Shown: piece after piece, positions 58,124-64,000 of the stretch
Layout of the letters: the number at the start of each line of letters is the position of its first letter
How positions within the stretch are numbered: the first letter of the stretch is position 1
From: a bacterium
GTDB lineage: Bacteria > UBA8248
Assembly: GCA_965213685.1 (NCBI GenBank)
Contig: CBDBZY010000013.1
Span: 32,001-96,000 of the forward strand
Direction of reading: 5' to 3'
DNA: 64,000 nt
Translations under genes and position numbers: made by a program
The notes under the pieces: generated by a model
What the model was told of the DNA's origin: nothing
What the model saw: the letters and a program-made list of their open reading frames with translations, nothing else
Database searches by the model: none

Positions 58124-59620
58124 CTATTCGCCCCGGGACGTGTCCCAGGGCCGCTTCCAGATGCTCATGAAGAGAATGGCGCCCGCCAGAATGATGAAGA
58201 ACAGCGAGATCGGGCGCGTGAAGAACACCGAATAATCGCCCTGGGAGAGCAGCAGGGCCTGCTTGAAGGAGCGCTCCGCCATCGGCGTGATGATGTAGGC
58301 GATGACCAGGGGTGCTAAGGGATACCGCATCTTCCGCAGGATGTAGCCGAACGCGCCGGCGATGAGGGCGAGCTCCACGTCCCCGAGGTTGTTCTGGAAG
58401 ATGTAGCCGCCCGCGACGCAGAACATGATGATGCAGGGCAACAGCAGGGATTGCCGTATGGTGACCACCCAGGCGAATATGCCGGTGAGCAGCCAGCCCT
58501 GGACGAGCATGATGGGGTTTCCCAGCAGGAGCAGGGCGAAGATGGCGTACATCGTGGTGGCGTTTTCCTCGAACAGGGAGGGCCCGGGCCGCAGCCCCTG
58601 GGCGATGAACGCGCCCATCAGGATGGCCGCCGTCCCGCCGCCCGGAATCCCCAGCGTGAGGGTGGGGATGAGGTCCGCCCCCGCCACCGCGCTGTTCGCC
58701 GCCTCCGCTGCGGCCACGCCCTCGTAGCTGCCGTGGCCGAACTCCTCGGGCTTCTTGGAGGCGCGCTTGGCGGCGCCGTAGCCGATGAAGGTGGCGATGG
58801 AGGAGCCCGTTCCGGGGATGGCGCCGACGATGGTGCCGATGATGGAGGAGCGGAATATCGTTCTGCCCGACGCCGTGAATTCCGCCATCTTCAGCGAGCG
58901 CCCGCCCCGGAGGTGCGAGGTGGGCGGCTTCTGCGCCAGCTCGGATATTTTCTTCTCCGCCTGTATCAGCACCTCGCTCACCGCGAACAGGCCGATGAGC
59001 AGGGGGACGAGGCCCACGCCGCCCTCGAGGGTGGGCAGGCGGAAGGTGAACCGCTCCGCCCCCGAGATGGCGTCGAGCCCCACCATGCCGAACATCAGGC
59101 CGATGAGCGCGGAGAGGATGCCCTTGGAGACCGAAGCGCCCGTGACGCTGGAGATGACGGTGAGTCCCATGACGAGCAGCCCGAAAAAATCGGCGGGCCC
59201 GAATTTCAGGGCCAGCGCCGCGAGCGGAATGGCCGCGACGATGAGGGCGATGTCGCTGAAGGTGTCGCCCAGGGTGGAGGAGTACAGCGCCATCTGGATG
59301 GCGCTTTTCGCCTCGCCCTTCTGGGCGAGGGGGTATCCGTCGAGGCAGGTCGCGGCCGCCGGCGGGGTGCCGGGCGTGTTGACCAGAATCGCTGGAATCG
59401 AGCCGCCGAAGAGCGCCCCCTTGTGCACGCCGAGCAGAAAGGGGATGCCCAGCGTGGGCGCCATGAAGAAGGAGAAGGGCACGAGAATCGCCGTCGCCAT
59501 GACGCCGGTGAGCCCGGGAATCGCGCCCACGGTGATGCCCGCGAAAACGCCAATCGCCACCATCCCCAGCGCCTGGAAGGTCAGCGCGGAGGAGACGCCC
59601 TGGATGATTTGCTCGATCAC
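58124..59620 (-). CDS. tctA: Tripartite tricarboxylate transporter permease
   Basis: GAIPGL, GGSIPAILVNTPG, DGYP, IGLFA, EAAN, LGIPG. Confidence 0.94.
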   Translation of the reverse strand: MIEQIIQGVSSALTFQALGMVAIGVFAGITVGAIPGLTGVMATAILVPFSFFMAPTLGIPFLLGVHKGALFGGSIPAILVNTPGTPPAAATCLDGYPLAQKGEAKSAIQMALYSSTLGDTFSDIALIVAAIPLAALALKFGPADFFGLLVMGLTVISSVTGASVSKGILSALIGLMFGMVGLDAISGAERFTFRLPTLEGGVGLVPLLIGLFAVSEVLIQAEKKISELAQKPPTSHLRGGRSLKMAEFTASGRTIFRSSIIGTIVGAIPGTGSSIATFIGYGAAKRASKKPEEFGHGSYEGVAAAEAANSAVAGADLIPTLTLGIPGGGTAAILMGAFIAQGLRPGPSLFEENATTMYAIFALLLLGNPIMLVQGWLLTGIFAWVVTIRQSLLLPCIIMFCVAGGYIFQNNLGDVELALIAGAFGYILRKMRYPLAPLVIAYIITPMAERSFKQALLLSQGDYSVFFTRPISLFFIILAGAILFMSIWKRPWDTSRGE

Positions 59621-60093
59621 GGGAACAGACTCCCCTCGGGGAGGATGACCTGGAAGCTCCACCAGAAGAAATACGTCAGGAAAAGAGGGAACAGGATGGC
59701 GGTGGACGCGATGAGGCGCCAGTCCCGAATGCCGAGCAGGCCGATGGCGGCGGCCATGAAAAACGGGGAGGCCCAGGAGAATCCCACGATCTTCAGCGCC
59801 TGCACATACAGGAGCGTGAGCGCGAAAACGGCGCCGACCTTGGAGAGCGCGCCCTTGGCGTCCGTCCACACCCTGGCCTTGGAGTTGTTTTTCAGGGCAC
59901 TGGCCATCATGAAGAGGCAGGTGAAGGCGAACAGGGCCATGGTGAGCTGGGGAAAGAACTCCGGCCGCAGGACGGCGGGCGTGGACGCGTCGATGGGAAT
60001 GGAGGAGACGATTTGATGGGGAATGAGATACGCGAACGCAAAGACGCTGAACAGGATGAAAATGACGCCCGTTATCAGGTCCGCCGTGCGCAT
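59617..60093 (-). CDS. tctB: TctB family protein
   Basis: 4 TMs, PEFFP, LPEG C-terminus; overlaps tctA. Confidence 0.85.
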   Translation of the reverse strand: MRTADLITGVIFILFSVFAFAYLIPHQIVSSIPIDASTPAVLRPEFFPQLTMALFAFTCLFMMASALKNNSKARVWTDAKGALSKVGAVFALTLLYVQALKIVGFSWASPFFMAAAIGLLGIRDWRLIASTAILFPLFLTYFFWWSFQVILPEGSLFP

Positions 60094-60319
60094 CCCCGTC
60101 GCAATCTCCAGATGCGGCCGCGACCGATGCGTCCGATCTGCGCATGGATGCGGCCATGGCCATACGCATGGAGGGGCGTCCGCCCACGCTGGGCTTTTCG
60201 CCCCGGCACATGTATTCTGATGGGCAGATAATGTATCTTAGAATGCGGGTTTCGCACAATGGGGAGGAGAGGCGCTCGCTCCCTTTTTTTCAGGGTGCGC
60301 CTTATGGGAGGAGAGGGGC

Positions 60320-60757
60320 GTGTTTCACGCTGCGCGCGTGGACGTGGGGATCGCCACGAGAAACATCGACGCGATGAAACGATTCTACACCGAGGCGCTT
60401 GGCCTCTCGGAGGTGGCCGTCGTCGCCGTGCCGGGCGATTTCGTGCGCGCGGCGGGTTTTGGCCGAGGCGACGTCAGGGTGCACGCGTTAAGGTCGGGCG
60501 AGGTTCTCATCAAGCTGCTGGAGTTTTCGGACGGGCCGCCGCCCTCCCGGGCGGAACCGCTGGCGGATTCGGCGTCGGGATTCCGGTATCTCACCTTCTG
60601 GGTGGAGGATATGGAGGCGGCCGTGGCGCATTTGCGGGACGCCGGCGTGACGCCGCTGTCCGGGATATTGTCCCGCACGCCCGAGAGGAAGACGGTTTTT
60701 TTCCAGGACCCTGACGGCAATCTGCTGGAGTTGAACTGGGCGGTGCCCGAAGCGTGA
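60320..60757 (+). CDS. VOC family protein
   Basis: VGI..FY..LGL, YLTFWV, FFQDPDGNLLEL. Confidence 0.88.
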   Translation: MFHAARVDVGIATRNIDAMKRFYTEALGLSEVAVVAVPGDFVRAAGFGRGDVRVHALRSGEVLIKLLEFSDGPPPSRAEPLADSASGFRYLTFWVEDMEAAVAHLRDAGVTPLSGILSRTPERKTVFFQDPDGNLLELNWAVPEA

Positions 60758-60812
60758 CAGGCAGGCGAGACGCGCAGGCTTTCCATCCATCCCCCACAGG
60801 AGAGGCGACGAA

Positions 60813-61196
60813 ATGAAGCTGACGTTCGACCACATCCATTGCGTGCACAGCGACGTTGACGAGGCGGTGAGGTTCTACGCGGAGGTGCTCGGGGCGACCG
60901 AGACCAACCGGATAGACCGAGGCGGTGCCCCGCAGGTGTATCTGGACGTTCACGGGGCGAGCGTCATCGTTCGCGGCAAGCGGGACGGGGAGGAGCTCGC
61001 GGCTGGCCCCGGCGGCTGGCCGCGCTACAGCATCGACCACTACGCCTTTTGCGTGGACGGCAAGCTGGCCGATACGCTGGAGGAGGTTCGCGCGCGCGGC
61101 GGAAAGGTCGTGGCCGAGGGCGAGGCGGAGGAGTTGTATTTCGCCTATCTGGAGGCACCCGACGGCGTCGTGGTCGAGTTGATGGAGATGAAATAG
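60813..61196 (+). CDS. VOC family protein
   Basis: FDHIH, FY..LG, DHYAF, APDGVVVEL. Confidence 0.88.
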   Translation: MKLTFDHIHCVHSDVDEAVRFYAEVLGATETNRIDRGGAPQVYLDVHGASVIVRGKRDGEELAAGPGGWPRYSIDHYAFCVDGKLADTLEEVRARGGKVVAEGEAEELYFAYLEAPDGVVVELMEMK

Positions 61197-61237
61197 GACG
61201 CGCGCACTGCACTTGCCGCCGGTCGGGGACAGTGGCC

Positions 61238-61900
61238 ATGTTTCGGAACATTTTTTTTGCGGCTGTCCTCTCGGGCGTGATCGCGGGGCTTTTCGTCTCG
61301 GCGGTTCAGTCCGCCCGCGTCATCCCCTTGATAGGCGAGGCGGAAAAACTCGAACGCGCGAACACCTCCCCCGTCCCCATCCCGCAAACCCACGAGGCGC
61401 ATGCGGACGGGGGCGGCTTCTCCAGGGCTGTGCGCACCGTCGTCTCGAACGTCCTTGCGGCGATCGGCTTCGCGCTGCTGCTCGTGGCCTGCTTCGCCCT
61501 TCGCGGGGACGTGGACTGGAAAGAGGGAATCCTCTGGGGGATCGGCGGGTTCCTCGTCTTTGGCCTGGCGCCCGCCGTCGGCCTGCCGCCGACCCTCCCC
61601 GGAGCCTTTGCGGCCCCCGTGGCGGACAGGCAGCTGTGGTGGCTCCTCGCCGTGGCGGCCACCGCCTCGGGGCTGATGCTGCTGGCCTTCCGGCCGGGGG
61701 CGATTTTCAAGGCGCTGGGCGTCGCTCTCATCGTTGCGCCCCACCTGCTCGGCGCCCCGCATCCGGAAGTCCCCGGCGGCTTGGCGCCCAGGGCGCTCCT
61801 GGAGAGCTTCCGCGTCATGGCGCTCCTGGCCTCGGGCCTGTTCTGGATCGTTCTCGGGCTTTGCGCGGGCTATTTTTTCGACCGCCTGCGCAGGGGATGA
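61238..61900 (+). CDS. cbtA: CbtA family cobalt transporter subunit
   Basis: PLI..AE..E, LAPAVGLPP.LPG, RQLWW, PHLLGAPHP, FW..LG. Confidence 0.9.
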   Translation: MFRNIFFAAVLSGVIAGLFVSAVQSARVIPLIGEAEKLERANTSPVPIPQTHEAHADGGGFSRAVRTVVSNVLAAIGFALLLVACFALRGDVDWKEGILWGIGGFLVFGLAPAVGLPPTLPGAFAAPVADRQLWWLLAVAATASGLMLLAFRPGAIFKALGVALIVAPHLLGAPHPEVPGGLAPRALLESFRVMALLASGLFWIVLGLCAGYFFDRLRRG

Positions 61901-62151
61901 ATCGCCGGGAGGCCTGAAAGCGGCGGAGGGTGCACGGAGCCCCGTCGCTTCCCGCCCTCCGTCCGGGAGCCTCCCGACTGCGCCTCCCTCCCTGCCGTCC
62001 CCTTCCCTAATCTCCCGGAAGCCAAACGCCTGACGATAAATAGCGGTATGACGACATATCGTATTTTCAGACCCTCTTTTTCGCCGCGCCGGTTCCTCAC
62101 GTCATTTTGCAAGTGCTTGTATTTATGGGGATTTGTTGGTTTTGCTCATGT

Positions 62152-62167
62152 TGGCATCCCTTTTGCA
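62152..62167 (+). promoter_or_regulatory. sigma54 (-24/-12) promoter
   Basis: TGGCAT-CCCTT-TTGCA (GG-N10-GC), with an IHF-like AT-rich tract at about 62109-62125 and a palindrome ACGA-CATA-TCGT at 62051-62062. Confidence 0.75.
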
Positions 62168-62240
62168 TCTATGAATGGCGAAGGCAGGTTTCAGGCCTGT
62201 GTCGATTTCAGGCCGGAGAGAGGGAGAAAGGAGGCGGGAC

Positions 62241-62417
62241 ATGGAATTTCTGAGAATATACGCCATGGCGGCGCTCCCCGTATTTCTCGCGTTTGCCGTG
62301 ATTGGATGGTTCATGGCCGTCAGCGCCGTCCCGAGGTGCCCCGCCGAACGAGGGTCGCCACAATCGGAACGGCCGGAGGCCATGACGGAAAAACCGGAAC
62401 TCCAGAAAGCCGCGTGA
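62241..62417 (+). CDS. Small single-TM membrane protein
   Basis: Strong RBS AAGGAGG; 58 aa with one hydrophobic helix. Confidence 0.65.
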   Translation: MEFLRIYAMAALPVFLAFAVIGWFMAVSAVPRCPAERGSPQSERPEAMTEKPELQKAA

Positions 62418-62455
62418 TGCGGATGGGCCGCGCACTCAGGAAACGGAGCGAAATC

Positions 62456-62926
62456 ATGTATCAGCGCATCTTGATTCCCCTGGACGGCTCGGAGGAGGCG
62501 GAGATCGCCGTGGACGAGGTGGTTCATCTTTCGCCGAACCCGCAGGTCGTTCATCTGCAACTGGTGGAAAACGGCGTCACGCAGTCGAGGCGACTGGAGG
62601 GCTACGCGATGTACGCCGATCAGATTTCCGATGCGCGGCGGCGCTCGGGCGAGGCGTATCTGGCGCCCTTGCGCGAGCGTCTCGAGGCCCGGGGAACGCG
62701 CGTGGAGGTTTCCGTGGAAAGCGGAACTCCGCTCCATCAAGTGGCTGAAAAGGCGGAGGCGTGGCGTCCGGACCTCATCCTCTTCGGCGGGGCGGGAGGC
62801 GGATGGCTGAGACGCCTCCTGGGGCTGGCCCGCATCGCCCCGCGCCTGTCCAGGAGGGTGGACGCCCGCGTGCTGGTGATTCAGGAGCCGCTGAAATCGC
62901 CGGAGGTACTCCAGACGGCCGCATAA
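62456..62926 (+). CDS. Universal stress protein
   Basis: MYQRILIPLDGS, G.P, DLILFG, VLVI. Confidence 0.9.
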   Translation: MYQRILIPLDGSEEAEIAVDEVVHLSPNPQVVHLQLVENGVTQSRRLEGYAMYADQISDARRRSGEAYLAPLRERLEARGTRVEVSVESGTPLHQVAEKAEAWRPDLILFGGAGGGWLRRLLGLARIAPRLSRRVDARVLVIQEPLKSPEVLQTAA

Positions 62927-63128
62927 GGAACAGAAAATACCTGCCGTGGCCCAACCATTGGGCTACGCCCCCACATACCTCCCCCCCGGCGGTCCACGCT
63001 GTCCAGCACCGGGCCGCCGGGCGGGGAATCCCCCCTCCCCTTTCCGGCAGCAGCACCCACGGTTCCGCGCCCCCTCCGCCGGGATGCTAGAATCTCCTCG
63101 CACCGATGAACGGCGCGGGGAGTGGCGG

Positions 63129-64000
63129 ATGAGAATCGGCATTTTGTGTCGGGATCGCACCTTGCACGGCGTCCGGAGAATTTCCGAGACCGCCCGGCGC
63201 AGAAAGCACCGCGTGCGCGTTTTGGATCCGTATCGATTCCTGCTCAAACTGGACGAAAAAGAGATCGCCCTGGAGTTTCGGGGCAAGCCCTTCTCGGCGG
63301 CGGATGTTTTTCTGCCGCGTCTGGGGGCGAACATATCGGAGCATTCCCTCGCCCTGGTTCGTCATCTGGAGGCGGCCGGCGCGTTGCTCATCAACGGCTC
63401 CCGCGCCCTGGAGACGGCGCGGGACAAACTGCGCGCGCTGCAGCTTTTGGCGCAAAACGGTTTGCCGGTTCCCAGAACGGCGTTCGCCCCGGACCCGAAC
63501 TATCTGCGCGCGGCCCTCCGCTGCGTGGGCGGTGCGCCCGTCGTCATGAAGCCTGCCCCGAGGAACGCAGGGCAGGGGCGTGATGCGCGCCGGTGCCCCG
63601 GGAGAGGCGCAGGCCATCTCCGACGTCATGTGGAGCATGCAGCGCGACGTCATGGTGCAGGAATACGTCGAGGAGGCCCGGGAGGGGGACCTCAGGGTTA
63701 TCGTCGTGGGCGGCGAGGTCGCCGCCGCCGTGCGGAGGCGCGCGGCGAGGGGGGAGTTTCGGGCGAACCTGCATCGTGGTGCCTCCGTGAGAAAAGCCGC
63801 CCTCAGCGGGCGAGACGCGCAACTCGCCAGGCGCGCCGCGAAGTTGTGCGGCCTGGACGTGGCCGGCGTGGACTTGCTGGAAACCAGGCGGGGCCCTCTG
63901 GTTCTGGAGGTGAACGCCGCCCCCGGTTTTGAGGGCGTGGAGCGCGCCGGCGGCCCGCCGGTGGCGTCCCGCATCCTCGATTACGTCGAGCGGCGTCATG
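63129..64000 (+). CDS. rimK: RimK family alpha-L-glutamate ligase; +1 frameshift at about 63552; runs off the window
   Basis: ARDKLR, PVVMK | GTQGRGV, QEYV, DLRV.VVG, EFRANLHRG, AGVDLL, LEVN..PG.EG. Confidence 0.88.

Overview
High-GC bacterial chromosomal window, about 60 genes, mostly housekeeping and catabolic: an Xdh-family Mo subunit, sulfatase, acyl-CoA dehydrogenase, MATE, MscS, nadA/nadC, tupABC, dnaN, thrC, PTPS, tsaC, purE, rarA, udg, coaBC, gmk, yicC, rqcH, hemW, a sigma54 activator, tctABC, cbtA, USP and rimK. I recognised no rRNA, tRNA, CRISPR array or transposase. Three features are hidden from the ORF track. (1) Two genes have an in-frame TGA exactly at a catalytic Cys position, each followed by a SECIS-like hairpin, so they are probable selenoproteins: a UGSC-motif protein (2329-2859) and an O6-alkylguanine alkyltransferase with P-U-H-R-V (7453-8016). 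(2) A Type II-like restriction-modification pair has its methyltransferase separated from an RBS-bearing ATG by an 11.5-copy 8-bp repeat that is currently out of frame, a candidate phase-variable switch. (3) A 372-bp x4 tandem array is built from a decayed paralogue of the adjacent MATE gene. Four genes carry a +1 base in a G/C run, most likely sequencing or assembly errors. All calls come from reading motifs by eye; no database searches were run.
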